From: Acidobacteriota bacterium | GTDB lineage: Bacteria; Acidobacteriota; UBA890; WLXD01 | Assembly: GCA_965248695.1 (NCBI GenBank) | Contig: CBDFKD010000002.1 | Span: forward strand, 992,001-1,056,000 | Direction: 5' to 3' | DNA: 64,000 bases | Shown here: in pieces, positions 38,215 to 48,041 of the stretch | Numbering within the stretch: the stretch's first letter is position 1 | Layout: each line of letters starts with the position of its first letter | Made by a program: the position numbers and the translations under genes | Notes under the pieces: model-generated | Told to the model about the DNA's origin: nothing | Database searches by the model: none | The model's input: the letters and a program-made list of their open reading frames with translations, nothing else

Positions 38215-39531
38215 CTAGCGTGTCCACACCTGCGCGCTGGAGGTATCAGGCATGCCCCAGTCGGAACCGTTCCAGCCGTCGAAGCCATCCATACGAAAGG
38301 CCCAGAACCCCGTCGTCATGTCGCTGATGACGATGAGCCCATCCTCATTGCGTACATCTACGCCCCAGGCACCGTTGAACATCGTACCGGTGCCGACGCC
38401 GGGGTTCGGGGGTCCCAGATAGGTGTCGTAGTAAGCAACGGTCACCGGATTCGCCGGGTCCATCATGCTGAACACCTGTAGCCCATCGAGATAACCGGAA
38501 ACAAACACGTACGGGTAGCGCACCTCGTGGTTGTGCACCAGATGCCGCCAGTCGGCGGTCCAGGCGCCGATCGGCGTGCGGATGTTCTGCACCTCGCCGT
38601 CGAGCGCCGGTTGCAGATCGAAAATGCGCAGCGGCGCGTACTGATACTCGGTCTCGGCGATCACGTAGCGGCCGTCCGGCGTGGGCGTGAACGTGTGGCC
38701 GTACTGCACACCTGAGATGCCGGTCAGCGACACCAGCAACTGCGGCGCCTCGAGGTTGGTGACGTCGTAGATGTAGTAGCCGTCGGTGCCGCCGCCGTAG
38801 AAACGATCGGTCTGCGTGTCGTCGTGCCAGCCGACGTAGAAGTCGTGGTAGCCGCGGAAGCCGCGCTCCCCGTCCGAGCCCGTGCCGACGGGGACATTCG
38901 CCACCCGGGCGTCGTCCATGGCTCCGTTGAGCACGTGCACCAAGTCGTAGACGCCGGCGCCCGGCCCGCGCAGAGTGGTGAACAGCAGCGGGCGACCGTT
39001 GCTGTGCGCGTAGATGAAGATGTTGTGGAAACCGCCAACGAGCTCGGGCTCGTAGATGCGCGCCACCTCGACGATCTTCTCGGGCAGGTCGGTGACATCG
39101 AAGATGATCGCGCCGAGATCCGGGTTCGGGCCGCCCTGGGCGAATTGAACCGAGAGGACGACGTAGTAACGGTCCTCCCAGACGAAGTACTTTACGTCCT
39201 TACCCCCGGCGCCAGCGTGTAGATCCTGATCCTCGATGCGCCATTCGTGTATGCGCTTCGGCTTGGACGGATCGGTCAGATCGATTACGTCGAGTCCTTT
39301 CTCGCCGAACTCGCCGAAGATCTCGCGGGCAACGTACGCGTACGGACGCGACATCTCCTGCTCGATCTCGATATCGGCGATGCTCAGCTCCGGACCGAGC
39401 GGCAGATGGGCCACCACCTCGATGTTGTCGCTTCCGGGCTTGTCGGGCGTCCACTGCTGGGCACCGGCCCCGGCCGAGGCCAGGGCGACGAGGAAGGTGA
39501 CGCTAAGAACGGTTACCACTCGACGAGACAT
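38215..39531 (-). CDS. Secreted LVIVD-repeat beta-propeller protein
   Basis: Signal peptide; repeated GLDVIDLTDP/IIFDVTD/YIYDVTN; HN motifs; NGAWGVD. Confidence 0.8.
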   Translation of the reverse strand: MSRRVVTVLSVTFLVALASAGAGAQQWTPDKPGSDNIEVVAHLPLGPELSIADIEIEQEMSRPYAYVAREIFGEFGEKGLDVIDLTDPSKPKRIHEWRIEDQDLHAGAGGKDVKYFVWEDRYYVVLSVQFAQGGPNPDLGAIIFDVTDLPEKIVEVARIYEPELVGGFHNIFIYAHSNGRPLLFTTLRGPGAGVYDLVHVLNGAMDDARVANVPVGTGSDGERGFRGYHDFYVGWHDDTQTDRFYGGGTDGYYIYDVTNLEAPQLLVSLTGISGVQYGHTFTPTPDGRYVIAETEYQYAPLRIFDLQPALDGEVQNIRTPIGAWTADWRHLVHNHEVRYPYVFVSGYLDGLQVFSMMDPANPVTVAYYDTYLGPPNPGVGTGTMFNGAWGVDVRNEDGLIVISDMTTGFWAFRMDGFDGWNGSDWGMPDTSSAQVWTR

Positions 39532-39676
39532 GCTGAACCTCCGCTATGGATAGATGCCGCAGAGACGATACTCTTTCGACGCCGCACAGTTCCAACGCCG
39601 CCCTGCCGTTCCGAGATCGCCACCCGATGACCACTGGCCACCCAGTTCCGAACATCTATCTCCCGGAGGTCTGACG

Positions 39677-41014
39677 ATGAGGCTCTTCGCGCGCCACGCC
39701 ACGCCGCTCCGACTCGTTCTCGCTGTCGCTGTCGTCGCTGCCACCCTGCTGCCGGGGCACGGCGCTGCATCGGCAACGGCGGCCACGTCACAGGATGACG
39801 GCCACCTGGCGGATGCCCGCGAGATCCTCGCCCGAGTGCCGCTGATCGACGGCCACAACGACCTCGCCCACACGATCGTTCTCAATCACGACGCCGATCC
39901 GTCGCGCGTCGATCTGCGGAATCGTCAACCCATGTTGGCGGCCGACATGCCGCGGCTGCGGGAGGGCATGGTCGGGGGGCAGTTCTGGGCCGCGTTCGCC
40001 GAGTCGGCCACGATGTGGACCGACACCGAGCTGCAAACCGCGCTCACGGCGATCGATGTGGTCAGGCAGTTCGTCGATGCCTACGACGACCTGGAGTTTG
40101 CCGATAGCGCCGATGACATCGAGCGTATCTTCGCCGCCGGGCGTATCGGATCGATGATCGGCGTCGAGGGCGGCCACATGATCAACAACCAGCTGGCCGC
40201 GCTGCGTCTGTTCTACGAGCTCGGAGCGCGTTACATGACGTTGACGCACTTTCGCAGCACCGACTGGGCCGACTCGGCCACCGACATGCCGCTCCACGGC
40301 GGCCTGACCGAGTTCGGCGAACAGGTCGTGCGCGAGATGAACCGCCTCGGCATGTTCGTCGACCTGTCGCACGTCAGCGACGACACCATGCGCGACGCGC
40401 TACGGGTAAGCGCGGCACCGGTGCTGTACTCGCACTCCAGCGCGCGCGGTGTGAACCCCCACCGCCGCAACGTTCCCGACGACGTGCTGCGGCTGGTGGC
40501 CGACAACGGCGGTGTCGTGATGGTGAACTTCATCGCCGGCTACGTGGCGCCAACTCGAGCCGAGTGGGATCGTTCCTACGGCGCCGATCCGATGCGCGAG
40601 ACGCTGATCAGCATGCTCGCCGGCGTCGAGCCGCTATGGGCGATTCGTAATCATGAGCTGCTAGAGCGCCTGCGCGCCGAATTCGACGATGAGACCGAGA
40701 TTGCTCGCCGCCAGGAGCTCTGGGCGGAGGCCAACCCGGCGCCGCGCGGCACGCTCTCGGACGTGGCCGACCACATCGATCACATCATCAACGTGGCCGG
40801 TATCGACCACGTCGGCATCGGCTCGGATTTCTACGACAGCGGCACGCCGTCGATGGTCGAGGGGCTCGAGGACGTCACTCGTTATCCATACCTGGTTGCA
40901 GAGCTGCTGCGTCGCGGCCACAGCGATGAAGACGTCGGCAAGGTCATCGGTCTCAACGTGCTGCGGGCGATGCGCCAGGTCGAGAGCGTCGCCGAGGAGC
41001 TGCGACAGGATTGA
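39677..41014 (+). CDS. Membrane dipeptidase (peptidase M19)
   Basis: IDGHND, GVEGGH, YMTLTH, DLSH, SHS, GIGSDF; GGAGG RBS. Confidence 0.93.
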   Translation: MRLFARHATPLRLVLAVAVVAATLLPGHGAASATAATSQDDGHLADAREILARVPLIDGHNDLAHTIVLNHDADPSRVDLRNRQPMLAADMPRLREGMVGGQFWAAFAESATMWTDTELQTALTAIDVVRQFVDAYDDLEFADSADDIERIFAAGRIGSMIGVEGGHMINNQLAALRLFYELGARYMTLTHFRSTDWADSATDMPLHGGLTEFGEQVVREMNRLGMFVDLSHVSDDTMRDALRVSAAPVLYSHSSARGVNPHRRNVPDDVLRLVADNGGVVMVNFIAGYVAPTRAEWDRSYGADPMRETLISMLAGVEPLWAIRNHELLERLRAEFDDETEIARRQELWAEANPAPRGTLSDVADHIDHIINVAGIDHVGIGSDFYDSGTPSMVEGLEDVTRYPYLVAELLRRGHSDEDVGKVIGLNVLRAMRQVESVAEELRQD

Positions 41015-41045
41015 TCGCTGCCGGGAGGTCGGCGCCGCGTCCCGC

Positions 41046-43865
41046 CTAGCCTGGCGATCCGGTCACCGGTTCCGAGTAACGGGCAGCGTCATCGGGCCGC
41101 CCCATCGCCTCGTACAGCGAGACGAGCGAGCGGCGGGCGCGCTGGGCTTCCTGGGAGTCGACGCCGCGCGCCACCTCGGCGATACGCAGACCAGCGAGCA
41201 TCTCGACCTCGGCCTCGGCATAGGCGCCGCTCTCGTACAAGCACTGACCATACGAGACGCGCCGCACGGCGATGCGCCAATGATCCGGATCGAGAACCTC
41301 CGTCTGGATATCAGCCGCCTCCTGGAAGTACTGCCGCGCCGCCGCCGCATCCTCGAGATAGCACACCAGCCTCGCCAGCCGCATGAGACCGACGGCAACC
41401 ATGGCGTTGCGCTCACCGTAGTTGTCGCGAAACAGGTCGACCGCGACGCGCGAGTGGCGTTCCGCTTCCGCATAGCGTTTGACCTGGCTGAGCGCCACCG
41501 CCAGGTTGTGCCGCAGGATACCGGCGCGCCCATCGCCGGTGGCACCGTGCTCCTCGCGTAGTCGAAGCGCTTCCTCATAGGAGGCGATTGCTTCCCCGTA
41601 GCGCGATTGAGCTCGCAGGTTGGCGCCGAGGTTCGAGTACGTGGTGGCAATCTGCAGCGGCGGCGCCCCTGAATCCGTGCGCTGGGCGATGACCTGACGA
41701 TAAAGCGCCTCGGCCTCGCTCGATCGACCGCCGGTGTTGAGTGCCACTGCCAGCGACTCGGTCGCCATCACCGTCTCCGGATGGATCGGCCCGTAAACCT
41801 CGCGGCGGATCTCGACGGACTCTTGCACGGCGACGATCGCGCCGTCGAAATCGCCCTTGGTGCGCAACGCAGTGCCGAGGTTCATGAGGCGCGTCGACAG
41901 GGGCACACGCGACGCCGGCAGGTCGGCGCGCGCCAGGCGCACAGCGTCGCGCAGAAGAGGTTCCGCCTCGTCGGTGTCTCCCAACCGCGACAGCGCCACC
42001 CCGAGATCGTTCTCGGCTTCGCCGATGAGCCCGGCGTCGGCCGGCAGCTCGGCAGTGCGAATCTCCAGCGCCTGGCGCAGCGGCGCCAGCGCCTCGCGAT
42101 ACGCACCGGCATGAATGTGCACGCCACCGAGGCTGTTGAGCGCCTCGGCACGGTCGAGCGGCGATGCACCAGCCTCGACGCGTAGCTGCACCGCCCGCTG
42201 CGCCGCCTCGAGCGCTGCCTCGTTGTCGCCGGCAAGACGCAGCACAGTGGCAAGGCCCAGCAGCGTCGGCGTGATGGCAACATTGTCACCGCCCTGATCG
42301 GCGACGCGGATCTCCAGACTTTCTCGATACAGCTGCTCGGCACGAGGATATTGACCGAGACTGCGAAAGACGCTGGCAACGCGATCCAGCAGGGCGGCAC
42401 GCAACACCGGCTCGCCGGCCAGTTGCACCCGCATGCGTACCAGCCCGTGGTCGAGCATCTCCATCGTGGAACCGACCTCCCCCGTCCCGGTCGCCGGATC
42501 GACGCCCTCGAACAGATCCGCCAGCAGGCCAGTCACCCGGCGAGTGCGCTCGAGCTCACGCGTGGTCTCTTCCTGCGCCCTGCGGGCAACTTCGTAGGCT
42601 GCTTGCACACTGCGCGACTGATAGATGGTTGCCACGGTGAAGCCGACAACAACGGCGGCGACGGCGGATATGGCCGCGACCGCCAGGGCGTTGCGGCGCA
42701 CGAACTTGCGGGCGCGATACGCGACCGACGGCGGTCCAGCCGCCACCGGTCGGTGCTCGAGGTGCGCTTGCAGGTCGTCGCCGACGTCCGACGCAGCGGC
42801 GTAGCGCTCTTCGGGATTACGGGCCATCGCCTTGCTGATGATCCAGTCGATGTCCCCCTGGATTTGCGAGCATAGGCCCCCGGGCGTGGTGGATCGGCTG
42901 CCCGCAACTCGCTCCAGCTCGACATCGGAGTGAGCTTCGATCACGGCGCTCGCCAGCGGCCCCTCGCCGGGCGTCCACTCGCCGCTGGCGCAATCACCGA
43001 CAGACCCCGGCAGCCTACCGGTGAGCAACTCGAACAGCATGACCCCGAGCGCGTAGATGTCGGCGCGCGTATCCACGTCACGGTCGGCCGAGCGCTGTTC
43101 AGGGCTCATGTACTCCGGCGTACCGACGACGCGACCGATGTCCGTCGCCCCGTCCCCTACGGCGGTGACGTCGAGCGCCTTGGCAACACCGAAATCGATC
43201 ACCTTGGGCATTGGGCCCTGCTCACCTTCGACGACGAGGACGTTGGAGGGCTTGATGTCGCGATGAACGATGCCCTTCTGGTGCGCGTGCTGCAGCGCGT
43301 TGCACACCGCCCGGAGGAGCTCGACACGGGCTCGAATTGAAAGGTCGAGACCGTCGCAATAGGCGTCGATTGCCGTACCGGTGACCAGATCCATGACGAA
43401 GTAGGGGCTACCGTCGTCGGCCGTTCCGGCATCCAGAACGCGGGCGATGTTGGGGTGTTGCATACGGCCCAGAGCATCCTGCTCGGTGCGGAACCGGCGC
43501 ATGACCTCCTTGGAGTTCATCCCGGCTCGTACGAGCTTCAGCGCTACGCGGCGACGGATCGGCTCCTGCTGGGAGGCGGCGAACACGACACCCATACCGC
43601 CTTCTCCGATGATCTCTTCGAGCCGGTACGGTCCGACGTGTCGTCCGAGCCAGTAGCGGCGAAACTCGTCCGCGTCGGCATCGTAGAGGGGCCGGTCTAG
43701 CACGCCCTCTGGCTGCTCATGCGCCGCCAACAGAAGGCGCAGCTCTCCGACCAGCGGCGCGTCGTCGCCGCCGAGCCGGGCCACTAGCTCGTGGCGCTGC
43801 TCAGGCGGCACATCGAGGACGCGGTCGAAGACCTCGATCAGCCGCGCCCAGTTCTGCGACTCCAT
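41046..43865 (-). CDS. Hanks-type Ser/Thr kinase with TM helix and C-terminal TPR array
   Basis: GEGGMG, VALK, HRDIKPSN, DFG, GTPEYMSPE; TM; several TPR repeats. Confidence 0.95.
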   Translation of the reverse strand: MESQNWARLIEVFDRVLDVPPEQRHELVARLGGDDAPLVGELRLLLAAHEQPEGVLDRPLYDADADEFRRYWLGRHVGPYRLEEIIGEGGMGVVFAASQQEPIRRRVALKLVRAGMNSKEVMRRFRTEQDALGRMQHPNIARVLDAGTADDGSPYFVMDLVTGTAIDAYCDGLDLSIRARVELLRAVCNALQHAHQKGIVHRDIKPSNVLVVEGEQGPMPKVIDFGVAKALDVTAVGDGATDIGRVVGTPEYMSPEQRSADRDVDTRADIYALGVMLFELLTGRLPGSVGDCASGEWTPGEGPLASAVIEAHSDVELERVAGSRSTTPGGLCSQIQGDIDWIISKAMARNPEERYAAASDVGDDLQAHLEHRPVAAGPPSVAYRARKFVRRNALAVAAISAVAAVVVGFTVATIYQSRSVQAAYEVARRAQEETTRELERTRRVTGLLADLFEGVDPATGTGEVGSTMEMLDHGLVRMRVQLAGEPVLRAALLDRVASVFRSLGQYPRAEQLYRESLEIRVADQGGDNVAITPTLLGLATVLRLAGDNEAALEAAQRAVQLRVEAGASPLDRAEALNSLGGVHIHAGAYREALAPLRQALEIRTAELPADAGLIGEAENDLGVALSRLGDTDEAEPLLRDAVRLARADLPASRVPLSTRLMNLGTALRTKGDFDGAIVAVQESVEIRREVYGPIHPETVMATESLAVALNTGGRSSEAEALYRQVIAQRTDSGAPPLQIATTYSNLGANLRAQSRYGEAIASYEEALRLREEHGATGDGRAGILRHNLAVALSQVKRYAEAERHSRVAVDLFRDNYGERNAMVAVGLMRLARLVCYLEDAAAARQYFQEAADIQTEVLDPDHWRIAVRRVSYGQCLYESGAYAEAEVEMLAGLRIAEVARGVDSQEAQRARRSLVSLYEAMGRPDDAARYSEPVTGSPG

Positions 43866-43886
43866 GCCCTCGTCTCCGTCCGGCAG

Positions 43887-44390
43887 CTACTCAGCCTCGT
43901 ACGTGGCGCTCAGCGAAAGCGTCTCGCTACCTCGGATCGGGTTTCCCTGAGCCTCTATCACCGTGATAGTCGCCGACTGCCCCGCCTCGAGGTCGATGGG
44001 CTGCTTCACGACTACCCTGGTGCGCTTCAACTGACCGTTGCCTTTGACCCGGACGTTCGCCGAGACCACCGTGTCGCCGTCGATGGCGAAGTCGAACCGC
44101 AGCCTTCCTGGGGCCGACCCGTACCGGCCACCGGCCGGCGTCAGCGTGCCCTCGAAGACTACCGCGCCCGGCGGGATTGTAAGTGGCCCCGAGTCGGTGA
44201 ATGTCAGAACCTCGAAGGTCGCTCCCGGTGCCGGGAACGGCACGATCAGCACATCGTATTGGAACGCGAGCGTGGTCCAATCGCAGCCGGCGCCCAGCAC
44301 CAGCATCAGCAACGCCACTGTGCGAGCCAGGCGCCTTCTCGAACAACGCGGGCAGCTCTGCGCCGATATCGTTCGGTCGGCTCGCATCAT
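43887..44390 (-). CDS. Hypothetical beta-rich lipoprotein
   Basis: RR + hydrophobic stretch + GAGC lipobox; lies between the sigma and kinase genes. Confidence 0.65.
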   Translation of the reverse strand: MMRADRTISAQSCPRCSRRRLARTVALLMLVLGAGCDWTTLAFQYDVLIVPFPAPGATFEVLTFTDSGPLTIPPGAVVFEGTLTPAGGRYGSAPGRLRFDFAIDGDTVVSANVRVKGNGQLKRTRVVVKQPIDLEAGQSATITVIEAQGNPIRGSETLSLSATYEAE

Positions 44391-44625
44391 CGCGAGCCCA
44401 GCTCGGTACGCAGGCCCTCTGGCTGGCGGGCCGAGGTTGCCCCCGCCGTTGGACGGTCTCTCCGAAAACGATCAAAAACGTGCGCCTCCTGCCCAGCTTG
44501 TGGTCGAGACGAATCAGACTGCTGACCAGACATGCGCATTCCGGCCCACAATCACGCCATGACGGTGTGACGCGTCCGTACCTGATCCGCGTAGCGGCGA
44601 CCGTGAACCGGATCGGAGCGCGTGC

Positions 44626-45213
44626 TCAGCCGGTCGCGGGCCTCTCGGGCGTGGCCAATCGACTGTGCAGCCAGGCTCGACCACCCGACCAGATGCGATC
44701 GACGGTACGCGGTGAAATATCGAGCGTGCGACTGATCTCGTCGACGGTGAAGCCGGCGAAGTACCGCAGCTTGATCACCAGCGCCATGCGCTCGTCCTGA
44801 GACTCGAGCTCGCCGAGCGCAGCATCGAGGCTCAGGAGCTCCGCGGCACGGGGCTCCGATAATCCGGCGGCTTCGCCGAGCTCGACACGTCGCAGATCGC
44901 CGCCGTGCTTGTGGGCCGCCTGCCGCCGCGCACGGTGCACGAAGTAGCGGCGCATCGCCTCGGCTGCGGCCCCGAAGAAATGGCGCCGATTCTCCCACGA
45001 GCCCCCATTGGGCCCCAGCAGTTGCAGAAACACCTCGTGTACCAGAGCCGTTGCCTGGATGGTCTGCCCGGGCCGCTCGCGCGCCATGCGCGCGCGAGCC
45101 ATGGCACGCAGCTCGTCGTAGACGATGTCGAGTAGCTCGTCAGTGGCCCCTTCCCTGCCACCCTCGATCTCGTCCAGGAGGCGGGTGATCGGCGCCCTTG
45201 GCGGGTCACTCAT
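44626..45213 (-). CDS. ECF sigma factor of the kinase-associated type
   Basis: VYDELRAMA, TIQATALVHE, HFFGAAAEAMRR, KHGG, LRYFAG, SPRTVDRIW. Confidence 0.92.
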   Translation of the reverse strand: MSDPPRAPITRLLDEIEGGREGATDELLDIVYDELRAMARARMARERPGQTIQATALVHEVFLQLLGPNGGSWENRRHFFGAAAEAMRRYFVHRARRQAAHKHGGDLRRVELGEAAGLSEPRAAELLSLDAALGELESQDERMALVIKLRYFAGFTVDEISRTLDISPRTVDRIWSGGRAWLHSRLATPERPATG

Positions 45214-45395
45214 GGGAGTACAAGTCGACTTTGGATGCCGCGCATGAACCAGTCCTACTACGTCGGTGGCCAAGGAAGGAAGGGAAATAGGAGGATGGAC
45301 CGCGGAGAGGTGCACGCCTCCGCGCTGCCTGCGGGCTGGCGGTGGGCGACTAACGTAGAGTGCGTTGAACAGCCTCCCGGAGCGAAGCGGGGACA

Positions 45396-46217
45396 TTGAA
45401 CCAGCGCAATCTGAGAACTCGACAGCGAACGGTCACCAAAGAACCGTTCGCGCTCGCGGAGACGTTGCAAGGGCGCGAGCTCGCCACCGTCCGACGGCGG
45501 GGTGCCGCAATGGCGGTAGACGTCGTCATATGGGCACTGGTCTCGATGCCGCTGGTGGCGGCAATTCTCTACACCGCCATGTACCTGCAGACGCCGACGC
45601 TGGCGCGCGTCATGCGTGACATCGCCGTCGGCCGAGGGGCAGGCGATAGCAGCACGGGGGTGGCCGAGATCCTGGCGCTGGTCGAGCGACGGCGGCCCGG
45701 CGCACTGCCCAATCATCTTGCCGAGCCAGCCGCCGCCGGTGACCTGGAGAAGCTCGCAGAGCTACTGAAAGACGAGGCTTTTGGCGTCTCGGCAACGTTC
45801 GACGCCGAGCCGTCGCACTTCGACACGCGCCAGAACGTACTGCATGTGAATCGCGATGTGATCTTCGGACGGCTCAGTCCGATGGTCAGCTTCGCGGCCA
45901 TCGGTATCGTGCTGTCGAGCCTGGTCACCTGGCTGAGCAGCGGCCGCTCGCCGGGAAAGTGGCTCTTCGCTATCCGCACGGTCAAGCTCGACGGAACTCC
46001 GCTGACCTTCGCCGACGCTTTCAGCCGCGCCGGCGGCTACACAGCAAGTCTGTCGACCCTCGGCATGGGGTTCGTCAGCGCTCTGCGCGATCCGAACCGC
46101 CAGGCCCTGCACGACCGAGTGGCACGAACGGTGGTCATCCGCGATCACGGCCGCGCTGGGCTCGTCGTCAGGCTGTGGCAACGACTGCGCCCCGGAACCC
46201 CCGACCAAGACCCCTGA
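45396..46217 (+). CDS. RDD family membrane protein with inserted soluble loop
   Basis: LATVRRRGAAMAVD, GRSPGKWL, RQALHDRVARTVV. Confidence 0.85.
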   Translation: MNQRNLRTRQRTVTKEPFALAETLQGRELATVRRRGAAMAVDVVIWALVSMPLVAAILYTAMYLQTPTLARVMRDIAVGRGAGDSSTGVAEILALVERRRPGALPNHLAEPAAAGDLEKLAELLKDEAFGVSATFDAEPSHFDTRQNVLHVNRDVIFGRLSPMVSFAAIGIVLSSLVTWLSSGRSPGKWLFAIRTVKLDGTPLTFADAFSRAGGYTASLSTLGMGFVSALRDPNRQALHDRVARTVVIRDHGRAGLVVRLWQRLRPGTPDQDP

Positions 46218-46245
46218 TCACGCCAGTGGCCCGTTACAGGCCACC

Positions 46246-46519
46246 AGTGGCCTGTAACAGATGAACGTTGCCTATCGCAGATGGGATTTGCGGGTGAGAT
46301 CAAGGCACGCCGAGGACGGCGATGCAGTGAGCATCGTCGACGAGGTGCAACGCCGATATCGCCCGCAACTGCCCATCTGTCCATAGGATGGCGGCGAAAT
46401 GGACCCGTCTGCGGCGTTGCTCCTCCTCGAAGATGGGCCAACATCGTCTCGTCGTAGCGCCTGGCATCCGAGCCCATTTCGCCACCACGATAGGCAACGT
46501 TCATCTGTTACAGGCCACT
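46246..46519. mobile_element. Non-autonomous MITE (274 bp) with perfect 32-bp terminal inverted repeats
   Basis: AGTGGCCTGTAACAGATGAACGTTGCCTATCG at 46246-46277 and its exact reverse complement at 46488-46519; CCAG/CTAG at the borders; internal stems; no transposase. Confidence 0.82.
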
Positions 46520-47903
46520 AGTACGGAGCCAACTGCTCCGCCGTGGGCTCGGCTCAGCAGTACCACGGCTCGGTGAGGTAGGGGATCGTGGCGCGCGCCG
46601 GCAGGTCCGGGAGATCGGCACGAGGCGGAACGCCTTGCGCCGCGCGTGTCGCGTCCCATACCTGCTCGAATATCTGGCCGCGGCCGTGACCCGCTCTGGC
46701 TGCATCGGCAACGAGCTGCTCGACTCGACGCTGCAACGCATCGACGCGAGGGTCGTCATGCGCCCATGGATGGCCGAGGACAGCCTCGTCGTAGCGACCG
46801 ACCTGGGCCGTCACCTCTGGTAGCTCGAGCAATCTCGAGCCACCCGGGATCAACAAGCGAATCGCCAGCTGGATCGGTGTCACCTGGCCGACGAGGCCGA
46901 GCTCCACGAGCACGGCAAGCAGGTCGGCGTAGCCGCTCAGCGTTGTCCATGGAGTGAACGCAACGAACGTCGGCTGCAAATGCAGGCCCGAGGCCCGACA
47001 GAGCTCCACCGCCCGGACGAAGTCGGCTCGAGTATGGCCCTTCTCGAGGAGCTTCAAGGTGTCGTCGTCGATCGACTCGACAGCGCTGGTCACCAGCACG
47101 CAGCCAGTGTCGCGCAGCAGCGGCAGGTAGTCCCGGTGTTGGAGGAGGTGCTCGATCTTGATCGTCACGTCGTAGGACACCTCAGGGAAACGGTCGTGAA
47201 GGCCCTCTACGATGCGCACCGCGTGACGCGGCCCGTTGAAGAAATCGGGGTCCCCGAAAGTGATGTGCTGGGCGCCGGCTTCGACCTGTTGCACCACGTC
47301 GGCCAGCACCACTTCACGCGGTACAACGCGAAACTTGCCGTCGTAGATGGGCACCACGGGACAGTGGCGGCAAAGATGCTTGCAGCCGCGCGACGCCTCG
47401 GTCGCCCCGACGATGCGCTCGCTACCATCGGGCATGCAAAGACGAGCGTACTGCCCCAGATCGGGAAGACCGTTGCGGTCGGGAACCCGGAAATCAAGCC
47501 GCTCGTGGGAGATGCGGACAGCACCGTTGCTCACCGGCGCGGGATGCTGGCGCACGAACTCGACGATCTCGCGCTCGAACTCCCCGCCGGCGAGAAGGCA
47601 CACTCCCAGAGGTCGGAGCTCGCTCTCACAGACCGGCGCGTAGAGGCCCCAGGCGAAAAGCCCCGCGTCGGGGTTCCAATCGCGCAGCCGCGGCAACAGC
47701 CTCAGCGCGATGCGCGTGGCGGTGTACATCGGCAGGTACAACCCGATGGTGTCGGCGCGCCGTACCGCATCCTCGTCGAGGTCCTCGATCGACAGATCCA
47801 GACACTCCACATCGGCGCCCGTCTCGCGCACCCACGCCGCCGGCGACGCCAGCCCGAACGGCTGACGCCCGAGTTCGTAGGTCGAGATCAACAGGACTCG
47901 CAC
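46518..47903 (-). CDS. B12-binding radical SAM protein with C-terminal CUAEP selenocysteine tail (TGA 46554-46556 = Sec)
   Basis: N-terminal cobalamin-binding-like domain (QPFGLASPAAW), ASRGCKHLCRHC; PWYC-TGA continues in frame AEPTAEQLAPY-TAG. Confidence 0.85.
46524..46540 (-). promoter_or_regulatory. Candidate bacterial SECIS hairpin
   Basis: CGGAGC-AGUUG-GCUCCG begins 13 nt after the UGA; G-containing apical loop. Confidence 0.6.
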
Positions 47904-48041
47904 TGGGCTCCCCGGCTATCGGTGTGTCGGGCAGTGTGTCACCGGTATCGGCACCACGTCGCCGGAACGACAGGCGTGCGGCACGGCGCGGAGGGTATGC
48001 TGCCACCAAGCGTTCAACACCGTCTGGAGGAGCTTACCCCG

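Noticed and set aside
46223-46521. Repeats as a CRISPR array or tRNA
   Set aside because: The repeats are inverted, with no repeat-spacer periodicity, no cas genes and no tRNA T-loop or acceptor stem.
46980-48041. Long N-terminal extension of pirin (666-aa ORF)
   Set aside because: It is antisense to the radical SAM gene; a good RBS and GTG lie at 48042.
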